DNA from: Styela clava
Taxonomy: Eukaryota
Assembly (NCBI RefSeq): GCF_964204865.1
Contig: NC_135258.1
Coordinates: 14,694,001-14,758,000 of the forward strand
Length of the DNA stretch: 64,000 nucleotides
Reading direction: 5' to 3'
The notes under the pieces: model-generated
Database searches by the model: none
The model's input: only the letters and a program-made list of their open reading frames with translations
Told to the model about the DNA's origin: nothing
Shown here: positions 12,079 to 25,200 of the stretch, in pieces
Numbering within the stretch: the first letter of the stretch is position 1
Layout: each line of letters opens with the position of its first letter
Translations under genes and position numbers: made by a program

Positions 12079-12380
12079 TGTATAGTTCAGAGGGCATGTG
12101 TAAAATTGTAATACTGATCACATCCACAGAACCTGGTTCCATGCGACCCAAGCATTGATCATCCGGGTTCGAATCCCGTGGAGGTAATAGAGCATATGTA
12201 TTCGAAAAGATTGCACGCAATCTAAGCAAAAGCAGTGAAGGTGCACATCTCGAAATGGCTTTGTCGCTAGTTGTCATCCAAGAGCACTGTTCTTCCTCTG
12301 GTAGGTTGGTAACCATGGTCGTTGTCAAACAAGGACAATTGTTACAAAACAGTAGTAACATTTCTTGTTCTGAATATTTC
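12079..12380 (+). mobile_element. Diverged tRNA-derived SINE-like element
   Basis: B-box GGGTTCGAATCCC at about 12164-12176 and weak similarity to the other SINE bodies. Boundaries are approximate. Confidence 0.5.
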
Positions 12381-12816
12381 AGTTTTCTGTAAAGCGGCGA
12401 TTATGCTATGGTATGTTAGACCTCGAATTTTGGTTTTGTAGGTGAGATATTCCGCTTATTAGTTTGCTTTCAATATGCCTATGTCATGATAATAACTTGT
12501 ATTGTAAAGAATAAGGTACATCGTGCTTTGTTAAACGCGTTGACGAAGATATCAAGTTACGGACCAGTGGAATATTAAATACATCGAAGCGTATGGGTAG
12601 TTGCACAACGGGCTAATTTTTTAAAAGCTTAGATTTTATTATTAATGAAATTATCCAATAGAATAAAGCCAAGCATAGAGCAATTTACGGTAACATCGCA
12701 TTCAGACATGAGGATACTTAATAAATTATCCAATATCCTCCACTAATAAAACCTAGTATCCTATTTAGATTCAGACATGAGCATAGCTACATAATTAGGA
12801 AAATACTGTTGAAAAC

Positions 12817-15800
12817 ATGGCGACAAATGGCGTGAATTTCCACGGTACTTCGGAAAGCAGTCTTCTTAAAAACATTCTGAACATCGACGCCAACGAAAAT
12901 GTTGATGCAACACTCGTCGAAATGTACAGAGATTTAATATTCACAGCAGAGAGACTGAAAACTGGAATACAAACAGCGGTGGAACATGATGCAAAGTTGG
13001 CGGCAGAAAGAGCCGAGGAAGAAGAAGAAGAGGAGGAGGAGGAAGAAGAAGAGGAAGATGACGAGAATAGTGAAGAAGAGCTTGATGAAGAGGACGAAGA
13101 TTCTCCTAAACGAAAGGTAAGATGGGACAAGATGAAAATGAAAGGCATAATAAAAAATGCCAACATTTTGTTTCGAAAAATTTAGCACGCAGAATGCTGG
13201 CAGTTTTTAAATTTAAACGACTCCATGGTATTCAGTTATTGGTAATTGTATGAAAAAAACAGCTCCGAATTTTAAAACTTTTTTATGTTCAAATTTATAG
13301 CCTTTGCTCTACCGCTCGCATAATTTACTTTCATCCTCTTCAATTTGTGACATTTATCTTTCTATTGTGTGTGAGAATGATACACAATACGGCCTTCTCA
13401 AGACGAAAAACAAACATCGGTGATAACTGTGTGCTGTACTTATTGGTAAATCATTCGCGAACCTGACTGTTCCGCTTGTCAGAAAAACTTATGACTCATT
13501 TTGTACGTTCACACGCGGGCAGTAGTTGAACCATAATTTACGGATGCGAATCACCTTTGATCCTCATTTTATTAGCTCAACGAATGAGTACACGATCCTC
13601 CTAAATTAAAACACGCAATATTTGAGCAGCGCAAGTCTTTTGTTGCGTTTATATTTCATCAATAAAGCGGCCTGCGCTTTCATGAACAAAGTTTGTCGAC
13701 TGTTACTAACAATCAATACTGGTATTGAAGATTGTTTTTTTTATTGATGATGATTTTTGTGTAAAACCGCCATTTCAAACCCTCTGGTTGACAAGATAGA
13801 ATATCAACCCAATAAAATTGTTGCATTGTCCTATATAATTTGTTCTATTGGAATCTGCCCAAAGCGGTTTAGCCATTTTATTAATATTTAATAATCTCTA
13901 AATATTTGTACTGTATAGTTGACCTATTCGTTTTCAAAGTTTTCTGAACGTACAGTGGAGCAAATATTGGATAAGAATTAATATTTCGAAACGGCCATCA
14001 GTCTGTCGATTTTATTTTGAATTTGAATTGACGTTCGTCGATTTATATTTCCACGTTGGACATCGGGTTTGTTCAAGGAAAATGAAATACATTCTCAAAG
14101 TAATAAACACGCTCATACATAATGGTGCTCGTCGCTCGAGCACATTGAATTAGAGTTCTTAAAAAGACAGTCAGGCATTTCTTTTGGTCATTGAATATTC
14201 ATCCTATTCACGACAACTGTATTATACATATCATTCCAAAATGTCTAAATAATGAAGGAGCTTGAATTGAAAGACCATTACGTTTTCGACATATTAGTGT
14301 TAGTTATAGTTCCATTCTCGTCATATGTATGTAAGTTATTCACAATAAATACTACAATGTGTGTAACAGGATAAAAAGAAGAAAACAAAGAAGCCGTTGT
14401 CCGACATCGCTCAACTGTTGGAAGCTTTGTCTCTTGACAAAAAACAGAAGCAACATCTATTAATAAAGAAAGCTATTTTGCTCAAATTTGAAGAAGCATT
14501 GTTTGGAAACAACAATATTACGATGACGCTTGACTTGAGGTGAATTGAATATTATATCGGCTGAAATGTGCGCAAAGAAAAATAATAATAATGTGAGAGC
14601 CGATTAGGCGCTATTCAGTAGTTTTATGTCAAATTCCCTTGACTTATTTATCAAAAATGGAATTTTCCGACGTTAACGTTAAACAATTAATTTTTGACAT
14701 ATATGTCAACAAAACGCTTTTCGTCGTTTTCCCGCTGGAGGAGCGTTATATAAAATTTGGCATTGACATTGTGTTTTTGATAGTCGATTGGCTTGCTAGG
14801 AAGGTGTTTTTATATCATATTCAGTCCCGAATGCGACATAGATAAGAAACATCGCCGATCGATTAGTGGCTTTCATCTTGCCCAATTAAAATATCCAATT
14901 TTGTTTTCGAGCTGTGCTTAATTATCAACATCCCAGGCCGCTTTAACTTCGATTCAATAAAACTTGGAATGACATTTGTTATTTGATTGGATAACCCGAA
15001 TGGTCATGGCACTGAATCAGTAAACACATGTAACATTATATTTTGGAGAATAAAGATTGTAAATCCACGCTTTTTGTGGTATTAAGTGAATAGCCCTTGA
15101 TTTTGAATGACTTTCAAGGACCCACACTTAAACCGCCATTCATTAACGAGGACTATCTAAAATTCTAAATTAGAAATAAATTTTTAAATAAATCTGTATA
15201 TAATTTTCTGTGGTACATTCGTTAACTTTAAATTGAATTATTGTTTTATACCTTTGTGACGTCACAATTCTTTGACTGCTCTATTTTATTGATATGAGTA
15301 AATACGCATTGTTATATGAGTTGTTAGCACGATAGGGATTACTCGCGTTAAATAATATGCTCACAGGGTGAACATTTAAGTATACTATTGTTGTGTTATT
15401 ACAAATAGGTACATTTTTATTAAGTTCGTTACATACATGCTCCGCTTAACATCTGAACTTTTCAGAAAAGGAAATGAATATACTAGATAGATTTACTTAT
15501 GATTTTGTTTTCCACCAAAAAGTCAATCGATGAAATAGGAAGGAATAAATTAAAACCGCAATTAGAGCGTCAGCAAATTGTATTGACATGAGTAGTATCC
15601 TATTTCTGCTAGCTATTAATAAAATTATTTTGTATCGATACCATTACTATATGACACTATGGCACTCCCACCAGTTATAATAACAATTGTAATCGTTTGC
15701 TGAGCATCGTTGTATTTCAGCCTTTTGTTATGTTCGGCTTCTTTACATTCAATCCATTGTTCATCGTCACAATCGTGTACTTTTGTTGATCTTACAAACC

Positions 15801-18308
15801 CGTAAATGGTTCATATGAATCACGATTCCGTTGAGCCTATTTGAGTTTCATACGTTAGTAACTTATCATTCACATATGCTTATTTCGAAATGTAAATTGT
15901 AATTCTCCAAAAAAGTAAGTATACCGCAGCCCGCGGAACAATCCCAAGCAAAAATATTGGTTACTTATAAATGATATGCGCACTCCAAATATCTTTTGGT
16001 ACATTTTGATGTTTACCAAAGATTGTATTTTGCGCTTTATCAATAGTAGACACGCAGCAACGATAAAATATTCCTTATTTGGAAGAACTGCCAGATTCCT
16101 TATATGAATTTAGAAGCTTCCAATAGAAGTTTCAGTAAGTTCTTCTGATCGCTGTCTGAAAAAACTGATGAATGTAAATAGTCATAGTACAATTTTTAGT
16201 TGTAAGTTGTAGATACTATCTCCAATATACAATATTATTTATTTTTTCAGGCAAGTTGGCGGCGACGGAGAAAAGGATGGAAAACTTGAACAAATTCTAC
16301 AATGCCGAGATTTGACGAAATATATTCCGAAAGTACAAACAGAAAATGGTTGGTTCCTTTAAATATTGAACTTACAATATAGGCTCTCAAACATAACCAA
16401 TGTTTTAGACCGAGAAAGCCGAGACCAAATACATTTTGAAATATTATTTTTTGTTATTGAACGTTAAATATTCTAATTCGCCCATGATCAAGTAAGAACA
16501 GTGCAAATTTTTTCACAACATCTAAAGGTTCGATCTGTAGAACTTCAATCAATTTTAAACACCTTCACTGCTGTGTAGCTCTCTCACTTATAAAGTTTGC
16601 CTGACAATTTACATAGACGTTTTTAATGTTAAATTTTAGTGCACAATACAGCAGGGCTTTGCCCATGAATGGTATACCACCATTTCATTTATCAAGTTCG
16701 CAAAGCCATTCGCGTTTAATAAAAAAAAAACGTTTACTAAAAATTTGAAAATAATACGAAGTACATGAATATCATTTCTTAGCTACAATTAATTTGATCT
16801 GGCATGATCACCGAACATTTTGACATGGGATGGTGGCGGTGTGCTTCGGTTTTACCTGTACGAATGCTCTTATCTTCACAGTAAAGATTTCCTATTTTAA
16901 AAGAGGCCAGCTATAAATTTTTTTTTTCAGCAAAGAGTAAAAATATTTTCATCCGTTTTAGGAAATTCGTTAGAATTTGCCGAAAAAGCAAAACTTCAAG
17001 AATGCGTGAATGTAGCAAAAAATCCAACAGATATTTTAGGAGTCCTGAGACCAAAAACCCCGAAGAAAATTGCTTCAAATTTAATAAAGCAGCAATATAA
17101 TATAAGGTGAGCTGTTTAAAAATTACCAGCCCAAGAATTTGAATTATCAGTATTTTCAACAAACTTTCTGACAAAAAGCAACTGTGGCTTTGTACGGTTT
17201 TTATTCTATGAATTGGAACATGTATAAATCGCCAAAATATAATTGAAATCAATTTCAAAATTAGAAAGTTTAGGCGAAAGCTTTCTAAGCATTTGTGATG
17301 TCATAAATTGAATTCACGATAATTAATATATTATTGTAAAGATTACTGCATCCTGTTATTTGGCGCTGCGCGATTTATTGGAAATGTAATCCGCTTTTTA
17401 TATAATCCAGATGGAATACAAGCTCGGGCGAAGTTGAACCTTTTGATTTCTACAAGCTTGAGAAGCATTTCCGTAAAGGAAATGTACGAAAAGCATACGT
17501 GCAAACTTTATTATACGAACATAAAGTTGTACTCGAAAATTTCCGACAGCGATTAAAAAAAGATGCTGTGGATAGTGAGGATTTCGCACCAAAATGCATT
17601 TACGGAAAGAAAGACCCGTTTGCCGACAAACAAGCAGCGGGCGACGAAGATGTTCCTCCGATCCGCCCAAGAGATGAACCGAAATTCAAATGGCAAAGAT
17701 GGGCTATGCTGGAAGAACAGCACGATGTACTCGGACCAGAATTTCCTCCCGAGTTAAAGTGGATCGATCCCAAAGTAAAAACGCTATTGCGTAAACTTTG
17801 TGAACCTCTAAATGTGAACTTTTCGCCTTACGAAACTCCTAGTTCAATGTATATACTGGTAATAAAGGAAACGACTTCGGAAACCCTTTCTGAAATGGGA
17901 AGTCAGAGTCAGATATACATTGGCGGTGCGGACGAAGGAATCAAAAAGCGGTTTTTAGAGGGAGATGACTGCCATTGTATTAAAATGAGACAAAGCTTCA
18001 ACGAAATAAGTAAAATGGAGGAGTTCAAACCGTCCGCAACATCACTACTTATAGAATTACGATTACTGCTGGCGATTTCGAGGCAAGAACCGTATGCTTT
18101 ATTTGCCGTGAGGACCTTTGAAGATCCACGCACCCTGGGACGCGAAGTTCACGACCTTATTACAAAGGCTTTGTATTTAGATAACGATGAAATATGGGGA
18201 CCAGCAGTCAATATGAAATTTGGTCTTAACGTTAAAGAAGAAATGAAGAAGAGAAGAAAATACCTTCCCGATCATTTTCCAGGTTCTAAACGGAAAAATA
18301 AAAGATGA
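12817..18308 (+). CDS. Uncharacterised 536-aa protein with an acidic tract, basic NLS-like patches and a C-terminal GIY-YIG-like domain. Exons 12817-13116, 14370-14539, 16251-16348, 16962-17106, 17411-18308.
   Basis: All four introns are GT-AG with compatible phases (0,2,1,2), giving one 1611-nt open frame. The last exon has SMY-x21-YIG-x8-R-x7-H...E...GLN. Confidence 0.8.
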
Positions 18309-20059
18309 TTCATTGAATCGTGTTTTGTATTTCATTCCGACCGTCCTTGAATCAAATACTTTATATTTTTGCAATTACCGATGAGATGTATTGAAAATAA
18401 TTTCTATTATCCCGTCATGCAGACTTTTAAGTAGCATTGCACTTTTTGTGCCCAGTTCTGGCTGATGTAGTTTTCCGTCCAATTAGCAATCCCATAAGTC
18501 CTTATTAATGTTCCCTATTTTCGTAACGATGGTACTTCATCTTCAATTTTGCTGATTGTAAAGATTTGCTGAAAATAAGATCTAATTTTTATTCCTCGCA
18601 ATTATTTACTTCGTCAACTTCTAGAATGATTAAATTTGTGTGACATAATATATTATGGCACTATTTCAGCCGTACTTTTTTTTTTCTTTTTCAAATTGAG
18701 ATTCGTGTGGGAGTAACTGCTGGCCTAAAATAGATTAATGTGGTTGATATTATTAATAATTTATGAATTAAGTTAATTTTACCTTTGTTTTACTTTGTCA
18801 CTTTACTACTGCGTAGGTGTAATTTTACGCATTTAACAAACAAAATATTGCCCTTCGCAATTTTTTCAGAAGAAGCATAAGTGTTTAAATATATATTTGT
18901 TTTCACTGCACGATAGTCAATTATAACAACTCATTTTCTGCACTTAAAATTATATACCGTTGTTATATACTGCCTCACAGATGATGCACTCCATGTGGGT
19001 TCAGAAATAATGTCGAATGACAAGTTGCAAGGCAAGGGCTAGAAAACATCTAGTCTATGACGTTTGTAGTATAGCACTCGCGCATGTTAGAGCCAGTTGA
19101 TGATAACTTTCTCATTTCCTTTCGCGAGGAAATTTCAATCGAAGACATATATCAAACTTATTGGATGTATGAATTTTATGGTGATGATGACTAAAGCTTG
19201 AAGACGCAACAATTCGCAATTAGTGACATTATACGTAATAAGTTTTTGTGGTGAGGTATTTGTCATGAAAACTCTTTTAACAGTAGACGAGTAAATTATG
19301 ATGTGCCGTGTGAGCAACTTAACTCACATCTATAGCCTGTTCAAAGTGTTCACGACCAATAATCAACTTGACCGTTCCCATGTTTTTGGAACTTTTGGTA
19401 ATTTCCTTTACATGTATTTGCGACAGTCGGCGTTTGGATGTATATCGGATATCTGTTATTGATATATATGTTGTATTTCTGAAAATACTTCTTTATGGTA
19501 GATATTTGTTTTTTAGAAGATTGTAAAAAACTTGCTTCCCATTTGACCTGCAGAATTTACTTGCATAATTCTATGGTAGAAATAGAAACAGATCTCTGTT
19601 TATTATACTCTTCAACACTGATATAATGTAAATTAATAAGCCTAGTTTACTTTTTGCTTTCCAAAATGTAAGTGGAAATTTTTACCTTATTTGGATAAGG
19701 TTTGCTTACCAAAGGCCGAGTTATTTGTAATCGAAATATCCGTAATCAAAAATAGTGCATGAGCACAAAATTTTCACACTCAGGTTATATTTTAAATTTA
19801 ACCTGAAATACCTCGGTGACTTTGTGGATGAAATTAACGATCGATGTCTAATAAAAATAAGTTTTTCTGCAAAGTACACATTCATTAATCATTTTAATCA
19901 TTCCACGGCTACCCGGCATTATTTGTAACTTATGCAAGGTTGAAGCCTCTCTACTTCAAGTTATGCATGCTCGGCCATCTCGTAACTGTAAGAAATAAAT
20001 TAATTTTGATTCTATGCATCGATTAACTATCAAGCCGCATTGATGAAAGCGGATAGCAA

Positions 20060-20330
20060 CAGGCTTTAATAATGTAGTCAACGACGGCCTCGTAGTTATG
20101 AGTCCGGAATAGTTATAGCCAGTTTATTTATCTGGCGTAATCGTTCCAGATGAAATGGATTTATGGTAAGTGATTAGTAGGCAAACCAACTTCTGGTGGT
20201 CTGAAGTCCAGTAAACCAACCTCTGGTGGTCTGAAGTCCAGCAAACCAACCTGTGATAGAGAGAAGCCTGTCAATTCTCTCGCACTTAATTGTCAACCAC
20301 GTGAATACAATTTGAGAAACCACGCTGCGT
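20060..20330 (-). mobile_element. Degenerate SINE copy containing a 30-bp tandem repeat (20181-20252)
   Basis: Remnants of the SINE body (ACGACGGCCTCG..., CAATTCTCTCGCAC). Unit GCAAACCAACYTCTGGTGGTCTGAAGTCCA is repeated about 2.4 times. Confidence 0.5.
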
Positions 20331-20759
20331 TCCAAAACCAACCTAAATTCCGTCGAAGCTATTTTTTATTGTCGGTTAAATTATTCAGTATTTTTTTCGG
20401 CAAATGCGAAATACACAAGGTAAAGTTTTCAATGCTCTCACGTAAGCCGTTGTATACCAGAACTGTAAAATATTACGGTAAGTTTGTTTGTATCTCATGT
20501 TCAAATCAAATCACCCGCCAAAGAAACATCCCCGCCAACGCTCAAAATAATAAAATTAGTAATTATCCAGTGAACATTTACTAATTTGTTATTTAAAAAC
20601 GTGGCGGAGGTGTTTTTCTCAAATCTCCCATTTTTTGCATTATAGTGGCGGGGATTTGTACAAAATATCCGTTAGTTTCAGTCAAAAGAAATGTTTACGA
20701 GTGTGAAAAACTTTCCCAAGAGATGGGAATTTCAAACGCTAATGTACCATTTATTTTCA

Positions 20760-21000
20760 TGGTGACGTAGGCCCTTCCTTTTAGTTCAGAATCAGATCAA
20801 GAACGCGTTTATGACGATTCGAGACGCACAGGTGTTATTAGTGACGTTTGTTTGCGTCGTTGCCATGTCAATGACGTCAGACAGTGCTTACGGTCGAATA
20901 ATTTCTCTCGCGGGCGTCAGCTGATTTCTGTGAAACGCTTGTCGGCTATTTTGTGCCATTTTCAATCGAGTTCGAAGCTATAAACGGATGACTAATCCTT
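20760..21000 (+). promoter_or_regulatory. Probable Rab11-FIP promoter region with CRE/ATF sites
   Basis: Locally CpG-rich. Full CRE TGACGTCA at 20872-20879, TGACGT at 20763 and 20842. The coding exon has an acceptor at 22245, implying an upstream non-coding exon or outron. Confidence 0.4.
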
Positions 21001-22269
21001 CTGAGGATATTTTATTATCTCTGATAAGACTTAATAGTTCCTGTATGCGATTGTTAGTGTTCCGAGTGAGCTCTTTTATTTTTCGAATGACTTCGCCGGA
21101 AGGCTTAGCAAATAACCAGGGCATCGTGATGAGGCGATATCGGCACATTTTGATTGTTTTGAAGTGGTAGTTTATTTATAGATTTATGGCAGTGTAAGGC
21201 GCGATAACGATTGTAGGCATTTTTGTATGTTATATATGCGAAACTTACTCATTAAAGTGAATGGCGTTGAATTGGCACATTTATGCTAACTGTTAAATAG
21301 AAATTAATATGAACGAACTCGAATGAAACGTTTTTGTGAAAATGCGAAGCTAAATCATGTTGTGTAGTCGCACTAATCAATAACAAATGTATTAGCGGGG
21401 GTTTCGGTTGAGAAAACAGCCGAGTGAAATTATACTTCGGAAGATTCATTACTGAATTGCGTCGATATTGTACGATATTATACAGTTATACGGTATGTTG
21501 TTCGGGCTTGAATGATTGGATCTAGCGCCTTGGGTTTTGTTAAATTTTAACTCGGTGGGAGTGACGACATCTGCCAACCTATTTATAGTTCAGAATTTTA
21601 CTTAGCTTTACTTTGACGTTTTGTATCAGGTGACTGACAGGGATATATCTGTATATAGGATATCGTCTGACCGTTGGGCATAGTAACTCAAGTTTGTTTT
21701 GGGAACACATACAGACAGAGTTTGTACCATACTAATAGTTATAGTCAGTTTTTGTATTATTATTAATTCAGTTTCCTCGTGTAGCAGGTTGATTAAATTC
21801 ATATTTCGGGAGGTTTTAATTTCTGTATAACTATGCACACTTTCAGTTTCCGGTTTTTGCATCTGTACCGTATCTTTTACAGTATTATCATTCATTCAAA
21901 TTGCATTGTTGTTTTATAACTCCTAATTCTGTATGTTTGTTATGGTAGGCATTTGAAGTGGAATGTTCATAGTGTAGTTTGAATTAGTTATTGAAGTGGT
22001 TATTGGTATGGTTTAAAAATTAGGCTTTGTTATTATAGTGTTTCTATTATTATTTTATGTAGAAGTATGGTCAAAACCACAATTTGCTAGTCAGGTGTAA
22101 TAAATACAGAAATAGAAAGGATATACCAATGATATCATATTTAAATATATATTCAGAGAAAGCTATTGGATAATGGAGTGAAGCTTCCTTTGTTGTCAAA
22201 AATATATTATACGCTAACTAACAGTATATTTATTTTACTATTTAGTGTTCTGTATTGTATTGTGTAAAA

Positions 22270-25200
22270 ATGTTTAGTCCGACAGACATATGCGTGATTG
22301 TACATCGTGCCAAAAACCTTTTAATAAAAGGTAAAGGCAGTAATGATGCTTATGCTACAATGGAATTTGAGGGTGAAAAATATGCTACTAATGTAGTTGA
22401 AAAATCTAATTCACCTATGTGGAATCAAGAATGTCAATATGCACTACCCCAAGGTTGGTTTATAATATTGATATACATTTTTTGCATCTTTTTTCTAGTA
22501 GAAATAATCTTGTTTGTATTTACTGCTTGCTATTATCGATATCTTTTAATAAGCGCATCAAAATATGTCTCAACAAAGGTAAAATTGTTTCTATCATATA
22601 CAGATCTGTTGTTGTTTTGTTTTGCCAAACAAAAGATGGTTGTAAAAACATGAATTTCTCTGTTCTGACTCATTAGATTTAGATTTCTTAGCAAAGCAGA
22701 TTAAAATTGAACCATAAACAAACTCGAAAACTATATGTCAATAAATTTTTAAAATGAATAAACCTATTTTGAGAGTTGTAAAGTGAAGAAAATCTGGTAT
22801 TCTGAATATTTTATCTTGGCTGTTGTTCTTGAAAACTTATTTTTTTTCTTCGTAATATTATTGTTTACTGTAGAATTTGGTTTGATTCATAAAAAAATCA
22901 GCGGTGTGTGAAATTTGTTTCAGAATTATATTACAATTGTAAAGATTATAAAATGATTCATACTTTTTGTTTTCAGGTGGAGTGCTCGATAAACTGACGG
23001 TAACAATTACAGTTTACAACAAACAACATGGAAAATTTGGGTTACAAAATGATGATTTCATCGGACTCATCAAAATTCCTCTCAAAGATATAGGCATAAA
23101 TGATCACAAAGAAATTAGGAAGTTAGTATTTTTTTGGTGTTGTCCTCATGAGAGATTCCTTTTTCAAAATTTTCACATATTTTTAATATTTGTTGGCCTT
23201 TGTTCTTCTTTATGCCTGACATCGGAAAGTGAGTGTAATTAAGTCAGATCTACAAATGCACTCATTTTCATTATAATAGGTGAAGTAGCATGTAATATCC
23301 AAACCGTTTTTTTATGCTTCTCAGCTGTTGCTAGATTTGGCATCATATCCTATAAATAAGTGCTCACTTTTCTTGTCTATGAAAGAAAAAATATAGAGAC
23401 ATCACAAATGGGATTTATGACAATTTTCATATACTTAATACTTTATTTGTATGGCTGTTGGTTCCTGACTATATTGTGCTTTGGTCTTGTACTTGCGTTA
23501 TTATCTTATTTACTGTAATTATGCCTGATTATGGAAGTATAATAAGATATTCAATTATTTCTAGATGGTATAATCTTGAGCACAAAAATCCAAAGAAAGA
23601 GAAGAAACAGAGGGGAGAAGTCGAAATTGGATTAAAATTCATATGTAAAGACAGGTTTGTGCTATTATTTTGTGCTTCATGTATTTATATCATAGACTAC
23701 CAGGAAATTTCATTTACATGATTTGATAAGATGCTGCCCGAAAGACACTTGAATAGACAGACTATGGGTGTAAATTTAGTTTGTTACATCTGTAATATAT
23801 ACTATTTAGATAGGAATTAGGACAATAGAAATTACACTCCTATAAAATTTGACATTTTCACAGCTAAATAATATTGATTATTTTCGAATAAAATCCTTAT
23901 TAATGATTGTTCAAATTTATAATTAATTACAAGGCTATAATTATGAACTATGATTAAATATTTGTATATATTCATCTTTATTTGCTAGCTGAGTTGGTTT
24001 CTATGTCATGTAATACTTTAAAATCTTATGGAGCCATCTTGATTCTTACTGCAGTATCCTTGCATTATTATATGCATGTGGATTAACCTACCTCTTTTCA
24101 TATAAGAAGGATGGAAGTTAGTCTTACGTACCCCAATTGATAGTCAAGTTGACCTCATGACAAAAAATATGGAAATAATTTTAAGGTTAAATTATAAGTG
24201 AATTCCTAGTATTTTATCAATGACCAATTTCCATTCAGGTTGAGTCTTCTTCCGGACAAGAAAAGTCCCAAGAATTTACGACAGATAACTTCAAAATTAG
24301 GACAAAAATTACGAAGAAGATCAGAAGATGAAGATTCTGGTGTTGGAAGCGATAGTTTTTCTATGAGAAAAGGTAACAACATTCATTGAGTTTGTATATG
24401 TCGGAAATTTACCCTTTTACACATGTTTACTTCATATGTCTTATGCGAGGATTTCTTATCTCTCCCTGTGTACTGTTTACTCTCTCTCCCAGGGTGGTCT
24501 GTTTGTTTAGAGTCCTGTATTAAATAAATTGGAATGTGTCATTGAAATTTTGCATCGGACATAATCATCAATCTGATTTACTTATGATCTGCACAAGCAA
24601 ACTTGCTTAAAAGTTGGTAAATATAAATTGGAAGGACAGATTTTGATAAAGAAATAGGCATGTTTATTGGAGAGATTAAGAGGAGCATTGGAACATTTAT
24701 TGGAGAGATTTTTGTTTTCTATTTGCTAATGCTCACTTATTACTTTTACTTAGGTATAACTTTTAGATTAAATTAATTTTGATTTCAAATCAGTTATTTG
24801 ATTCATATTCAGGCCAATCTATGGATAATCTACACAGAACACCATCAAGTGCGAGTGACGGAGCTCGAAATAAGAAACGATTTTCAATTGCTGATGTTAA
24901 TCCGGTAGCTTCAGCAAGAGGATTAGTGAAGTAAGCGTCAATGTATTGATTTAGCATTTTTGAAATGTTACTTGATGAGACTGTCCATTGGGAAAGTTAC
25001 AGTTCTTGTAACAGCATTATAGGTTAAAATCTTCGTTTTAAATCCCATGCCCACCGTATCACCCAGTGTGTAATAAAAATTTGATGGGCAATGCCTAATC
25101 GTAAAGATTGTGGTCATTCCAAAATGAAGTAGCATCTTACTTTGGCTGCTTACATAGATCATTGTTCAGAGTGAAATGGAGCTCATTAATTCACTTCCTA

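Noticed and set aside
12795-13188. Poly-Ser and poly-Phe ORFs on the minus strand
   Set aside because: They are antisense shadows of the GAA/GAG-rich acidic exon.
16251-16348. SAM-domain-like segment LEQILQCRDLTKYIPKV
   Set aside because: It resembles SAM helices 1-2, but the next exon does not continue the pattern, so it is too weak to call.
20181-20252. 30-bp direct repeats as a CRISPR-like array
   Set aside because: They are head-to-tail with no spacers, lie inside a SINE remnant, and the context is eukaryotic.
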